Assembly (NCBI GenBank): GCA_028716265.1
Contig: JAQUQD010000006.1
Location: 3,176-67,175, forward strand
From: Bacteroidales bacterium
GTDB lineage: Bacteria > Bacteroidota > Bacteroidia > Bacteroidales > JAGONC01
DNA length: 64,000 nucleotides
Reading direction: 5' to 3'
Part shown: positions 34,392 to 44,100 of the stretch, in pieces
How the letters are laid out: each line of letters opens with the position of its first letter
How positions within the stretch are numbered: the stretch's first letter is position 1
Program-made: the position numbers and the translations under genes
The notes under the pieces: model-generated
What the model was told of the DNA's origin: nothing
Seen by the model: the letters and a program-made list of their open reading frames with translations, nothing else
Database searches by the model: none

Positions 34392-35123
34392 TCATGGAAG
34401 GAAACCTGTCTCGATATGGCTAACCGACCTGAAAAGGTTCTGTCTGGCCTTTTTGTTGAGCTTCGACATCTCCAGGATGATCTTTCTGACCTCCTCCCGC
34501 TGGGAAATATTCTCATAGGGGCACCGCACGGTCTGAGGAGGAAATCCTTTCAATGAGGCATACCGTGTCAACTCCGCTGCAGTTACCGATGCCAGGGGCC
34601 GTATGATGGTGAACTTACCCCCGAACATTTCCAGCCGCACCGGCATAGCACTGATGGTACCATGATGGATCATATTCATCAGCAAGGTTTCGATGATATC
34701 ATCCCTGTGATGCCCGAGAGCGATCTTATTGCATTTCATCGCGTTAGCCAGGATGAACAGCTCCTTCCTCCGGTTCCTCGAACAGACATAGCATGCTCCT
34801 TTTGACGGCAAGGGATCAACGTCATCTCCTGGCGGCCTATCAACGAATGGAACCTGGTGTGTGTCACACCATTCCTTCAGGTAAGCGATGTTCGTCACTT
34901 CAGGAATGATCCCTGACCTGATATGAGCGGCATATAGTGAAATCGGAGAGGAAAGGATTTGCTTTCGCCAGGCCAGCATATCCAGCAGGGATAACGAATC
35001 CTTGCCTCCTGACACCGCAACCAGGATCCGGTCGGAAGGTAAGATCAGATCATATTCACTGATCGTTTTTAAAAACCGTGACCGGATCCTTTCCATGAAT
35101 CTTGAATCACTGAGCTGCATCAT
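34392..35123 (-). CDS. ttcA: PP-loop ATPase, tRNA 2-thiocytidine biosynthesis TtcA-like
   Basis: PP-loop VAVSGGKDSLS is present. The Cys motifs are CYVCSRNRR and RCPYE. Confidence 0.8.
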   Translation of the reverse strand: MMQLSDSRFMERIRSRFLKTISEYDLILPSDRILVAVSGGKDSLSLLDMLAWRKQILSSPISLYAAHIRSGIIPEVTNIAYLKEWCDTHQVPFVDRPPGDDVDPLPSKGACYVCSRNRRKELFILANAMKCNKIALGHHRDDIIETLLMNMIHHGTISAMPVRLEMFGGKFTIIRPLASVTAAELTRYASLKGFPPQTVRCPYENISQREEVRKIILEMSKLNKKARQNLFRSVSHIETGFLP

Positions 35124-35212
35124 GGATTGTCATTTTTATTGTAAAATTGCATAAAAAACCCCGACAATGGAATAAATTTGTCAGGATTGGTTACAGCCAC
35201 ATAATATGTTGT

Positions 35213-36901
35213 ATGAGATACCCGGGATTTATAGCGTTATTATTTTTCATCGATATGTTTTTACATGCTCAGGACAGAATAACCGGTTTGCCTTTTGCCA
35301 CCCGTTCAGAAGTGATTGCACAGCATGGCATGGCAGCTACCAGCCAGCCACTGGCAACACAGGTGGCGCTTGATATTCTGAAATCGGGAGGCAACGCCAT
35401 TGACGCGGCGATCGCTGCCAGCGCTGTGCTTGGGCTGATGGAGCCGACCGGTTGCGGCATTGGCGGTGATCTGTTCGCCATCATCTGGGATGCAGAAAGC
35501 CGTCAGCTTTACGGACTGAATGCCAGCGGACGTTCGCCCGCTTCGCTTTCCCTGTCCTTCTTCCAGGAAGGTGGTTACAAAAAAATACCGGCACTCGGCC
35601 CCCTGCCGGTCTCTGTTCCAGGATGTGTGGATGGCTGGTTTGAGATGCACTCACGTTTTGGTTCGCTTGACATGGCCACGATCCTTCAGCCTGCAGTCGA
35701 TTACGCAAGAGAAGGATTCCCTGTTTCAGAGCTCATCGCTTTTTACTGGCATAGAAATGCGGCTGTTTTAAAGGGCTATCCGGGATTTGCCGAAATATAC
35801 ATGCCCGGAGGCAAAGCGCCTGGAAAAGGCGAGATCTTTAAAAATCCATACCTGGCCAGTACGCTGGAAAGAATTGGCCTTATGGGCCGGGATGTTTTTT
35901 ATAAAGGCGAAATGGCTGACAGCATTGATGCGTACATGAAACGTGTGGGAGGTTTTATTTCGAAGGAGGACTTGGCAAGCCACACTTCGGAATGGGTCCA
36001 GCCCGTCTCGGTCAATTACCGTGGGTATGATGTCTGGGAGTTGCCACCCAACGGCCAGGGCATTGCAGCACTGCAGATCCTCAACATCCTTGAAGGGTAT
36101 GATATTCATGCCATGGGAATGGGAAGCGCCGGGTATCTCCATACCCTTGCGGAGGCCATCAAACTCGTCTTCGAGGACAGGGCCAGCTTCTACGCTGATC
36201 CTGCATTCAGCCATATCCCTTTGAACTGGCTGCTCTCAAAGGAATATGCGGCTTTTCGGAGGGACCAGATCGATCCGGATACTGCTGCCATGGTGGTGTC
36301 TCCAGGAGTGCCTGAACAGAGTAACACGATCTATCTGACCGTGGCAGATATCAACGGGAATATGGTCTCGCTCATTCAGAGCAATTACCGGGGCATGGGC
36401 AGCGGTATGACGCCAGGGAAGCTGGGCTTCGTGCTGCAGGACAGGGGCGAGCTTTTCAGCCTGCAGGAAGGCCATCCCAATGTATATGAACCAGGAAAAC
36501 GGCCCTTTCATACTATCATTCCTGCATTTATCACCAAAGACGGACAGCCCTGGATAAGTTTTGGGGTGATGGGCGGCTCCATGCAGCCGCAAGGTCACGT
36601 CCAGATCGTAGTCAACCTGGTTGACTTCGGCATGAACCTTCAGGAAGCGGGTGATGCACCGCGTATCCGTCACGGAGGATCGTCCGAGCCAACGGGAGAG
36701 AAGATGACGGACGGAGGAATTCTTTTTCTGGAGTCAGGTTTTCCCCAGGAAACGATCCGGGAACTGGAAAAGAAAGGACACAAGATACGGTTTTCCGATG
36801 GTAACTTCGGAGGCTACCAGGCCATCATGCGCGACACGGTGTCTGGTATCTACTATGGCGCGTCAGAATCCCGCAAAGACGGACAGGCGGCGGGGTATTG
36901 A
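35213..36901 (+). CDS. ggt: Gamma-glutamyltransferase
   Basis: The start is taken at MRYPGFIALLFF (signal peptide). The autoprocessing nucleophile context is QSNTIYLTVAD, and the oxyanion-loop context is GVMGGSMQPQG. Confidence 0.9.
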   Translation: MRYPGFIALLFFIDMFLHAQDRITGLPFATRSEVIAQHGMAATSQPLATQVALDILKSGGNAIDAAIAASAVLGLMEPTGCGIGGDLFAIIWDAESRQLYGLNASGRSPASLSLSFFQEGGYKKIPALGPLPVSVPGCVDGWFEMHSRFGSLDMATILQPAVDYAREGFPVSELIAFYWHRNAAVLKGYPGFAEIYMPGGKAPGKGEIFKNPYLASTLERIGLMGRDVFYKGEMADSIDAYMKRVGGFISKEDLASHTSEWVQPVSVNYRGYDVWELPPNGQGIAALQILNILEGYDIHAMGMGSAGYLHTLAEAIKLVFEDRASFYADPAFSHIPLNWLLSKEYAAFRRDQIDPDTAAMVVSPGVPEQSNTIYLTVADINGNMVSLIQSNYRGMGSGMTPGKLGFVLQDRGELFSLQEGHPNVYEPGKRPFHTIIPAFITKDGQPWISFGVMGGSMQPQGHVQIVVNLVDFGMNLQEAGDAPRIRHGGSSEPTGEKMTDGGILFLESGFPQETIRELEKKGHKIRFSDGNFGGYQAIMRDTVSGIYYGASESRKDGQAAGY

Positions 36902-36903
36902 TT

Positions 36904-37016
36904 CAGTCGGCGGTCGGCAGTCGGCAGTCAGCAGCCTGTCCTGAGGGCTAAGCCAGAAGGAACAGCAGTCGGCAATTGGCAGTTGAACAATTGAACAATT
37001 TGACAATTTAACAATT
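36904..37016. repeat. CAGTCGG heptamers, an unrelated 28-nt spacer, then GCAGTYGG plus an ACAATTTR octamer array, ending 12 nt before araA ATG 37029
   Basis: cagtcggcggtcggcagtcggcagtcagcagcc ... agcagtcggcaattggcagttgaacaattgaacaatttgacaatttaacaatt. Confidence 0.7.
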
Positions 37017-37028
37017 CATCATAAACGA

Positions 37029-38513
37029 ATGAATATCAATAAGATACAAAATTACGAAGTATGGTTCGTTACCGGCAGCCAGCACCTGTACGGTGCTGAA
37101 ACGTTACAGAGGGTGAACGAAGACTCGACTGCGATAGCAGAAGCGCTGAATGATTCGGACAAGATCCCCGTGAAGATCATTTTTAAACCTGTAGTGACCA
37201 CTCCTGCCGAGATCACTGGCTTGTGCCAGTCGGCAAATTCCAGCAGCAACTGCATCGGTATCATCGCCTGGATGCATACGTTCTCTCCTGCAAAAATGTG
37301 GATATCCGGGCTGAGCATGCTGGTCAAGCCCCTGCTTCACCTTCATACCCAGTTCAATACGGAGATCCCGTGGGATGACATCGACATGGACTTCATGAAC
37401 CTGAACCAGTCGGCGCACGGTGACCGGGAATTCGGGTTCATCTGCACGCGGTTGCGCGTGAACCGCAAGGTGGTGGTGGGGCACTGGCAGAGTGAAAAGG
37501 TGCAGGAAGCCATTGGCATCTGGTCGCGTGCTGCCATCGGATTCAATGAGTCAAGGAACCTGAAAATATGCCGTTTCGGTGACAACATGCGTTATGTAGC
37601 AGTGACCGAAGGTGATAAATTGGAAGCAGAGAAGATCTTCGGGTGGCAAGTCAACTACCACAGCGTCGGGGAGCTGGTAGAAAGCATGAAGGCCGTCACC
37701 GGCGACGAGGTAGGTGCGTTGATCAAAGAATATACGGAGAAATACGCCTTTGCTGCACCCCCGGATGAGCCGGTGCGTTACCAGGCCCGGATCGAGCTGG
37801 GAATGAAGGCATTTTTTGAAAGGAATGGATACAGAGCCTTTACGACGAACTTCGAGGATCTTTTCGGGCTGGAACAACTGCCCGGACTTGCCGTCCAACG
37901 GCTGATGCAAAAGGGATACGGATTCGGCGCGGAAGGCGACTGGAAACAATCGGCGCTGGTAAGGATCATGAAGGTGATGGCGGAAGGAATGCAGGGAGGC
38001 TGTTCGTTCATGGAGGATTATACGTATCACCTGGATCCGGAGCGGCCGTCGGTACTGAACGCTCACATGCTGGAAATCTGTCCGTCGCTGGCCGGGGATA
38101 AGCCGGTCATCGAGGTCCATCCCCTCAAAATAGGCGGAAAGGAAGCCCCGGCACGGATGGTATTTACCGTCCCGGCAGGAAAAGGCATGGTGGCCACGCT
38201 GGTCGATATGGGGGGTCGTATGCGCATGATCGTGAACCCGGTTGAGGTGATCACTCCCAAACCCCTTCCAAAACTTCCCGTGGCCCGCGCGCTATGGATG
38301 CCCGAACCGGACCTTGAGACCAGCGCGCATGCATGGATCCTTGCAGGTGGTGCCCACCATACGAGTTTCAGTATGGCCCTGAACACCGACCATATGCAGG
38401 ATCTGGTGGAGATGTTCGGCATCGAACTGCTCTTGATCAATAAAACCACACGGATCCCTGACTTCAAGAAAGAGTTGCGGTTCAATCATGTTTATTATCA
38501 GTTCAATAAATAG
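37029..38513 (+). CDS. araA: L-arabinose isomerase
   Basis: 494-aa ORF with the AraA N-terminus YEVWFVTGSQHLYG and the conserved FGAEGDWK and MLEICPS blocks. Confidence 0.92.
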   Translation: MNINKIQNYEVWFVTGSQHLYGAETLQRVNEDSTAIAEALNDSDKIPVKIIFKPVVTTPAEITGLCQSANSSSNCIGIIAWMHTFSPAKMWISGLSMLVKPLLHLHTQFNTEIPWDDIDMDFMNLNQSAHGDREFGFICTRLRVNRKVVVGHWQSEKVQEAIGIWSRAAIGFNESRNLKICRFGDNMRYVAVTEGDKLEAEKIFGWQVNYHSVGELVESMKAVTGDEVGALIKEYTEKYAFAAPPDEPVRYQARIELGMKAFFERNGYRAFTTNFEDLFGLEQLPGLAVQRLMQKGYGFGAEGDWKQSALVRIMKVMAEGMQGGCSFMEDYTYHLDPERPSVLNAHMLEICPSLAGDKPVIEVHPLKIGGKEAPARMVFTVPAGKGMVATLVDMGGRMRMIVNPVEVITPKPLPKLPVARALWMPEPDLETSAHAWILAGGAHHTSFSMALNTDHMQDLVEMFGIELLLINKTTRIPDFKKELRFNHVYYQFNK

Positions 38514-38539
38514 ATGGGTATCAATCAAATTCTAAGCAA

Positions 38540-40204
38540 ATGACAACACTGGACTGGATCGTTCTGGGTGCCTTTCTTGCCTGTTTAGCCGGAATTATCA
38601 TCTGGGTGTTAATGAAAAAAGACAAAAACACTTCCGATTATTTCCTGGCGGGGCGTGATGCTACCTGGCTTGCGATCGGGGCATCCATTTTCGCTTCCAA
38701 TATCGGTTCCGAACACCTGGTCGGGCTTGCAGGCGCCGGAGCGGAAAGCGGGATGGCCATGGCTCACTGGGAGATGCATGGATGGCTCATCCTGATGCTG
38801 GGCTGGCTGTTCGTACCCTTTTATTCCCGCAGTAGGGTTTTTACCATGCCCGAGTTCCTGGAAAAAAGATATAATCCCCAGTCGCGGTCGCTTCTGTCGA
38901 TCATTTCCCTCGTCAGCTATGTCCTGACCAAGGTAGCGGTCACCGTTTATGCCGGCGGAGTCGTCTTTAAGGACGTTTTTGGGATCGAGGCCATTCGGTT
39001 GTTCGGAACGGAAATCGATTTCTTCTGGGTAAGCGCCGTGGGTCTTGTTGCCCTGACAGGGCTGTACACCACCCTTGGAGGGATGAAGGCCGTACTCTAT
39101 ACCTCTGTGCTTCAAACTCCTGTGTTGTTAATCGGTTCGATCCTGGTGCTGATCATCGGGCTTAGCAGGATCGGGGGATGGTCAGAGATGATGGAAGTGG
39201 TCAGGGCCGCGCCGGTCAATGAGTATGGCGACAGCATGGCCAACCTCATCCGTTCACCCCACGATCCGGATTTTCCATGGACAGGTGTGCTCCTTGGATC
39301 GGCCATCATCGGATTCTGGTACTGGTGCACCGACCAGTATATCGTCCAGCGCGTCCTATCAGCACGAAACATGACACAGGCGCGAAGGGGATCCATTTTC
39401 GGCGCGTACCTTAAACTGACACCGGTCTTTATCTTTTTGATCCCGGGTATGATCGCCTATGTCATGAATCAGAAAGGAATGATCCAGCTCAGTACGAACG
39501 ACGCCGCATTTTCCACCCTGGTCAAGGAGCTGCTGCCCATGGGGTTCAAGGGTGTTGTGGTCGGGGGTCTGCTGGCGGCCCTGATGAGCTCCCTGGCATC
39601 CCTGTTCAATTCATCCGCCATGCTCTTTACGGTCGATTTCTATAAAAAATATAAGCCCAATGCCACGGAAAGGCACTATGTGGTGGTGGGAAAAATCGCC
39701 ACGGCAGCTGTTGTGCTGCTTGGAGTCCTCTGGATCCCTGTGATGAGAGGACTGGGAAAGGTGCTCTACGCTTACCTGCAGGATGTCCAGTCGCTGCTGG
39801 CGCCGGGGATCGCTGCCGTTTTTCTCCTGGGGATCCTTTCAAAACGCACGACACCAAAGGCAGGCCTCTTCGGATTGATCATCGGCTTCTCCCTGGGCAT
39901 GCTCCGGCTGGGGCTCAAGTTATTTGCAGGAACCATGGACCCGGATGGATTGATCTACCGGATCTTTCTCGCACCCAACTGGTTGCACTATGAAATCGCA
40001 CTGTTCTTTACCGTGATCATCGTGATGATCATCATCAGTTATTTCACCAAACCAAAAGACTTAGAAAGCATCAAAGGGCTGACACTGGTATCGGTCACAC
40101 CGGCACAACGAGCGGAGGTCAGAAGCAGTTTCGGCAAATGGGATGTGGTCAATACGGCGATCATCATCACGATCATTGTGGCCTTTTATATCTACTTCTG
40201 GTAA
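38540..40204 (+). CDS. Sodium:solute symporter family transporter (probable pentose/sugar uptake)
   Basis: 554-aa polytopic ORF with SSS-family blocks (DYFLAGR, GASIFASNIGSEHLVG, TMPEFLEKRY). Confidence 0.88.
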   Translation: MTTLDWIVLGAFLACLAGIIIWVLMKKDKNTSDYFLAGRDATWLAIGASIFASNIGSEHLVGLAGAGAESGMAMAHWEMHGWLILMLGWLFVPFYSRSRVFTMPEFLEKRYNPQSRSLLSIISLVSYVLTKVAVTVYAGGVVFKDVFGIEAIRLFGTEIDFFWVSAVGLVALTGLYTTLGGMKAVLYTSVLQTPVLLIGSILVLIIGLSRIGGWSEMMEVVRAAPVNEYGDSMANLIRSPHDPDFPWTGVLLGSAIIGFWYWCTDQYIVQRVLSARNMTQARRGSIFGAYLKLTPVFIFLIPGMIAYVMNQKGMIQLSTNDAAFSTLVKELLPMGFKGVVVGGLLAALMSSLASLFNSSAMLFTVDFYKKYKPNATERHYVVVGKIATAAVVLLGVLWIPVMRGLGKVLYAYLQDVQSLLAPGIAAVFLLGILSKRTTPKAGLFGLIIGFSLGMLRLGLKLFAGTMDPDGLIYRIFLAPNWLHYEIALFFTVIIVMIIISYFTKPKDLESIKGLTLVSVTPAQRAEVRSSFGKWDVVNTAIIITIIVAFYIYFW

Positions 40205-40230
40205 TCCTATCAAAAAGAACCCCTGATGAT

Positions 40231-40914
40231 ATGCTAAACGAATTAAAAGAGGAAGTTTATCACGCCAACCTGGACCTTGCGGACTACGGATTGGTACTGT
40301 TCACCTTTGGAAATGTCAGCGGATTTGACCACGGGAAAGGATGGATCGTCATCAAGCCCAGTGGGATGGATTACCGGCGGATGAAGCCGAGGGACATGGT
40401 GGTGGTCGACCTGGAAGGGAACGTGGTGGAAGGCCGTCTTCGTCCTTCCACGGATACCCCGACTCACCTGGAGTTGTACAAGGCCTTTCCTGAGATCGGC
40501 GGTATAGCGCACTCCCATTCAACGTATGCCACTGCCTGGGCGCAGGCGGGAAAGAACATACCCATCCTGGGCACAACCCATGCCGATCATTTTTCACAGC
40601 CTGTTCCCTGCACTGCCGTGATGACGCCGGAGGTAGTGGATGGCGATTATGAAAGGGAAACGGGAAGGACCATCGTCAGCACCTTTAATGACATCAACTA
40701 CCTGCATGTACCCGGAGTGCTCGTCAGGAACCATGGTCCTTTCACCTGGGGCAAAGACCCGAAGGAAGCCGTCTACAACAGTGTCATACTGGAAGAGCTT
40801 ACGCGCATGGCCTGTATTACCCTTGCGATCAATCCTGAAACCACAATGAACCGGGCCCTGATCCGGAAACATTACGAACGGAAGCACGGAAAGGATGCCT
40901 ACTATGGACAATAA
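40231..40914 (+). CDS. araD: L-ribulose-5-phosphate 4-epimerase
   Basis: The start is taken at MLNELKEEVYHANL. Class II aldolase/epimerase blocks are FGNVSG, IKPSG and HSHSTYATAWAQ. Confidence 0.9.
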   Translation: MLNELKEEVYHANLDLADYGLVLFTFGNVSGFDHGKGWIVIKPSGMDYRRMKPRDMVVVDLEGNVVEGRLRPSTDTPTHLELYKAFPEIGGIAHSHSTYATAWAQAGKNIPILGTTHADHFSQPVPCTAVMTPEVVDGDYERETGRTIVSTFNDINYLHVPGVLVRNHGPFTWGKDPKEAVYNSVILEELTRMACITLAINPETTMNRALIRKHYERKHGKDAYYGQ

Positions 40915-42583
40915 GACGAAGCGCTATGTGATCGGTGTGGACTTCGGCACCGATTCAGCGCGTACGGTCATCGTGGATGCATTTTCGGGAGAGGAGCTGG
41001 CCACTGCGGTACAGTACTACCCCCGGTGGAGTGAAGGCCGGTATTGCGATCCGGTAAAAAACCAGTACCGGCAGCATCCCGTGGATTACATGGAAGTCCT
41101 GGAAGCCACCATCCGCGAGGCGCTGGGACAGTGCGACTCCGGTGTCGCGGGGAAGGTGGCAGGCATCAGCATGGATACCACAGGCAGCACTCCGGCACTG
41201 ACTGATGCTGAGGGGATTCCTCTGGCGCTGACCGAGGGATTTGAAGAAAATCCCAATGCCATGTTCATCCTCTGGAAAGATCATACCGCTGTGAAAGAAG
41301 CTGAAGAAATCAACCGGCTGGCACGAAGCGGAGGAGTGAATTACATTAAATATGTGGGAGGAGTTTATTCATCGGAATGGGTATGGGCCAAGGTGCTGCA
41401 TGTCATCCGGCAGGATGCCTCGGTCCGGCAGGCAGCTGCTTCATGGATCGAACATTGCGACTGGATGCCGGCGCTGCTGTGCGGCCGTCAGCGACCGGAT
41501 GAGGTCGTGCGGAGCCGCTGCGCTGCAGGACATAAAGCCCTGTGGCACAGGGAATGGAACGGACTGCCCCCCGGAAGTTTCTTCCGAAAGCTTGATCCGG
41601 CGTTGGAACGTATCCGGAACAACCTGTATAGCGAAACGTTCACCTCTGACATCCGCGTTGGCTATCTTTCACCTGAATGGGCAGACCGCCTTGGGCTGAC
41701 CACGCAGGTTGCCGTGGGCACCGGAGCATTCGACTGCCACATGGGTGCTGTGGGAGGAGAAGCAACTCCCAATGTTCTTACCAGGACCATCGGCACATCC
41801 ACCTGTGATATCATGACGGCCCATTATAAGGATGTGGGAGACCAGCTTATCGCCGGTATCTGCGGACAGGTGGATGGTTCCGTGATACCGGGCTATGTCG
41901 GGCTGGAGGCTGGACAATCCGGGTTCGGTGATATCTATGCCTGGTTTAAAAATGTATTGGCCTGGCCCGTCGAAAATCTGCTGGACAACACGACACTGAT
42001 CTCCCCGGAAACGAAAGCAAAACTGAAAGAGGAGATCCTGGAGCAGATCATCCCCGGACTTACCGATGCAGCCGCCCGGATACCCTTTGAAGAATCCGCC
42101 GTCGTCGCACTGGACTGGATGAATGGCAGGAGGACTCCCGATGCCAACCAGGAGGTCAAAGGTGCCATGATCGGGCTTACGCTGGGCAGCGACGCTCCCA
42201 GGATCTTTAAGGCCCTGGTGGAAGCCACCGCTTTTGGATCGAAAGCCATCGTTGAAAGGTTCGGGAGGGAAGGCGTCAGGATCAAAGAGATCATCGGGCT
42301 TGGAGGTATAGCCCGAAAATCGTCCTTTGTGATGCAAACCATGGCCAACGTGCTGAACATGCCCATCAAGATCGCTGCTTCTGAGCAGACATGCGCTTTT
42401 GGCGCTGCCATGTTCGCCGCAGTGGCGGGAGGGATCCACAAAAGGGTGGAGGATGCTCAGAAAGCGATGGGTAAAGGATTCGACATGGTGTATCATCCCA
42501 ACCGCGACAAGGCAGACAAATATGCACTCCTGTACAGGAAATATGAACAGCTGGGAGCATTCGTTGAGGAGCATTCCGACTGA
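40895..42583 (+). CDS. araB: Ribulokinase (FGGY family)
   Basis: 562-aa ORF with YVIGVDFGTDSAR and GLEAGQSGFGD. It overlaps the araD stop. Confidence 0.9.
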   Translation: MPTMDNKTKRYVIGVDFGTDSARTVIVDAFSGEELATAVQYYPRWSEGRYCDPVKNQYRQHPVDYMEVLEATIREALGQCDSGVAGKVAGISMDTTGSTPALTDAEGIPLALTEGFEENPNAMFILWKDHTAVKEAEEINRLARSGGVNYIKYVGGVYSSEWVWAKVLHVIRQDASVRQAAASWIEHCDWMPALLCGRQRPDEVVRSRCAAGHKALWHREWNGLPPGSFFRKLDPALERIRNNLYSETFTSDIRVGYLSPEWADRLGLTTQVAVGTGAFDCHMGAVGGEATPNVLTRTIGTSTCDIMTAHYKDVGDQLIAGICGQVDGSVIPGYVGLEAGQSGFGDIYAWFKNVLAWPVENLLDNTTLISPETKAKLKEEILEQIIPGLTDAAARIPFEESAVVALDWMNGRRTPDANQEVKGAMIGLTLGSDAPRIFKALVEATAFGSKAIVERFGREGVRIKEIIGLGGIARKSSFVMQTMANVLNMPIKIAASEQTCAFGAAMFAAVAGGIHKRVEDAQKAMGKGFDMVYHPNRDKADKYALLYRKYEQLGAFVEEHSD

Positions 42584-42669
42584 GCCCGCCGGAATTTAAT
42601 TCTGTATTTTTATTATCTTTGCCGTATCATTGATATGAAATGTAACTTCAATCATTTTATCGCATTACT

Positions 42670-43446
42670 ATGAAAAGAATATTATTGGCATTTGGGTCCG
42701 TTGTGCTGATTGTCAGCATCGCCACCCATCAGGCTTCCTCGCAGAATCTCATGGAAAAAATGAAGAAAAAAGCGGAAGAAGCAATTTTGAAAAAGACGCC
42801 GGCCGGAGAAGAAACGAAGGATAACCAATCCCCGGCAGGCACATCATCAACAGGCACCAGTGGTCCGTCCAACACCAAAGGAGGCGGGCTGAGTGCCAAA
42901 ACGATCGATGTCACCCAGCAGATTGCCGAAGCGCAAACCGCTTTCGGGGCGAAAAAGTACACCGACGCCAAATACTCCATCCGTCAGGCCATCCTTGGGA
43001 TCGAGCTGGAGATCGGGAAAAGCATCCTTAAGGAATTGCCTGAAAAGATCGCAGGACTGTCCATCGTGACGGAGGAGGACAACGTCACCAGCAGCGGGAT
43101 CGGTTTTGTGGGACTGGTCATCCACCGTGTCTACGGACCCGGAGAAAAACAATTCACCCTGACCATCGGCAACGATGCGGCTATGCTTTCGGCAGTGAAC
43201 ATGTACCTTGCCGCGGGTGCCTATGCCTCCACGGCCGATGAACAAAACATTCAACAGACCAAATTCAAGGATTACAGGGCGATCATTGAATACGATGAAT
43301 CTTCCGGTTATAAGCTTAGCGTTCCCTTCGGGCAGTCATCCATCCTGGTCACCGAAGGAGTGAACTTCAGCTCGGAAGAGGAATTTATGAGTGCATCCAA
43401 TGAAATTGATATCGAAAACATAAAGAAACACCTCGGAGAACAATGA
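42670..43446 (+). CDS. Secreted protein of unknown function (paralog 1)
   Basis: 258-aa ORF with a signal peptide and a low-complexity S/T/G linker. Its C-terminal ~170 aa are colinear with the next gene product. Confidence 0.7.
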   Translation: MKRILLAFGSVVLIVSIATHQASSQNLMEKMKKKAEEAILKKTPAGEETKDNQSPAGTSSTGTSGPSNTKGGGLSAKTIDVTQQIAEAQTAFGAKKYTDAKYSIRQAILGIELEIGKSILKELPEKIAGLSIVTEEDNVTSSGIGFVGLVIHRVYGPGEKQFTLTIGNDAAMLSAVNMYLAAGAYASTADEQNIQQTKFKDYRAIIEYDESSGYKLSVPFGQSSILVTEGVNFSSEEEFMSASNEIDIENIKKHLGEQ

Positions 43447-44045
43447 GAACAACCCTATTTTCTTACCTGATGATCCTGTCGATGTTTGCCTTTCAGGTAC
43501 ATGCACAGGATGTGAACGGACAGCTGAATACGGCCACTTCATCATACGCATCCGGCGACCTGGAAAATGCCCGCTTTTCGCTGCAGGAAGCGCTCAACGG
43601 AGTTAATCAGGCGATCGGGCAGGATATCCTCAACCTTTTGCCCCCGACGCTGGGAGGTATGGATGTGGTCTCCGGTAACGACAACGTGACCGGTACTAAC
43701 ATGGGTTTTGCCGGTTTGTATGTCAACCGTGACTACCAGAAAGATACGATCCGGGATGCCTCCCTTGAGATCATCAGCGACTCCCCCATGCTGGCCACCG
43801 TCAACTCCATCCTGACCATGTCGGCCATGTTCTCATCCGATCCCAACCAGAAACGGATCAAGGTCGGATCATACAAGGCCCTGATGACCAAAAGCGAATT
43901 CAATGATGATGTTTCGTACGAGATCCAGATGCCGTTCGGAAATTCGATGATGACCTTTAAAACGAACGGGATCGGGGATGAGGCAGAAGTGACGGGATTG
44001 ATGAATTCCCTTCCGATAGCGGATATTGTCAAGCTTGCACAGTAA
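43443..44045 (+). CDS. Secreted protein of unknown function (paralog 2)
   Basis: 200-aa ORF with an ATGA overlap with the upstream gene and a signal peptide. Shared blocks include GIGFVGLVIHRVY vs NMGFAGLYVNRDY and KLSVPFGQSSILVT vs EIQMPFGNSMMTFKT. Confidence 0.7.
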   Translation: MRTTLFSYLMILSMFAFQVHAQDVNGQLNTATSSYASGDLENARFSLQEALNGVNQAIGQDILNLLPPTLGGMDVVSGNDNVTGTNMGFAGLYVNRDYQKDTIRDASLEIISDSPMLATVNSILTMSAMFSSDPNQKRIKVGSYKALMTKSEFNDDVSYEIQMPFGNSMMTFKTNGIGDEAEVTGLMNSLPIADIVKLAQ

Positions 44046-44051
44046 CTGGAG

Positions 44052-44090
44052 AAAAAAGCCGGGTGGCGGCAGGAAACACCACCCGGGGGA
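44052..44090. terminator. Hairpin between convergent genes (probable bidirectional terminator)
   Basis: aaaaaag-CCGGGTGG-cggcaggaaaca-CCACCCGG-ggg. The stem is 8 bp of G/C, and the A-run supplies a U-tract for the minus-strand transcript. Confidence 0.5.
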
Positions 44091-44100
44091 GATATATAAA

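Noticed and set aside
9974-37016. Whether the tandem-repeat spacers could be CRISPR arrays
   Set aside because: The periods are 7-8 bp with no unique spacers, the arrays are 30-110 bp long, and no cas genes are present. They are microsatellite-like arrays, not CRISPR.
41669-42574. Long antisense ORFs inside confident genes: this 301-aa ORF inside araB; also 13543..14346, 15888..16667, 49685..50437, 37551..38120, 28028..28717, 45845..46507, 62931..63533, 19448..20020 and 20402..20956
   Set aside because: These are typical shadow ORFs of GC-rich coding regions. Each overlaps a gene with strong family motifs on the other strand and has a compositionally biased (R/P/G/H-rich) translation.
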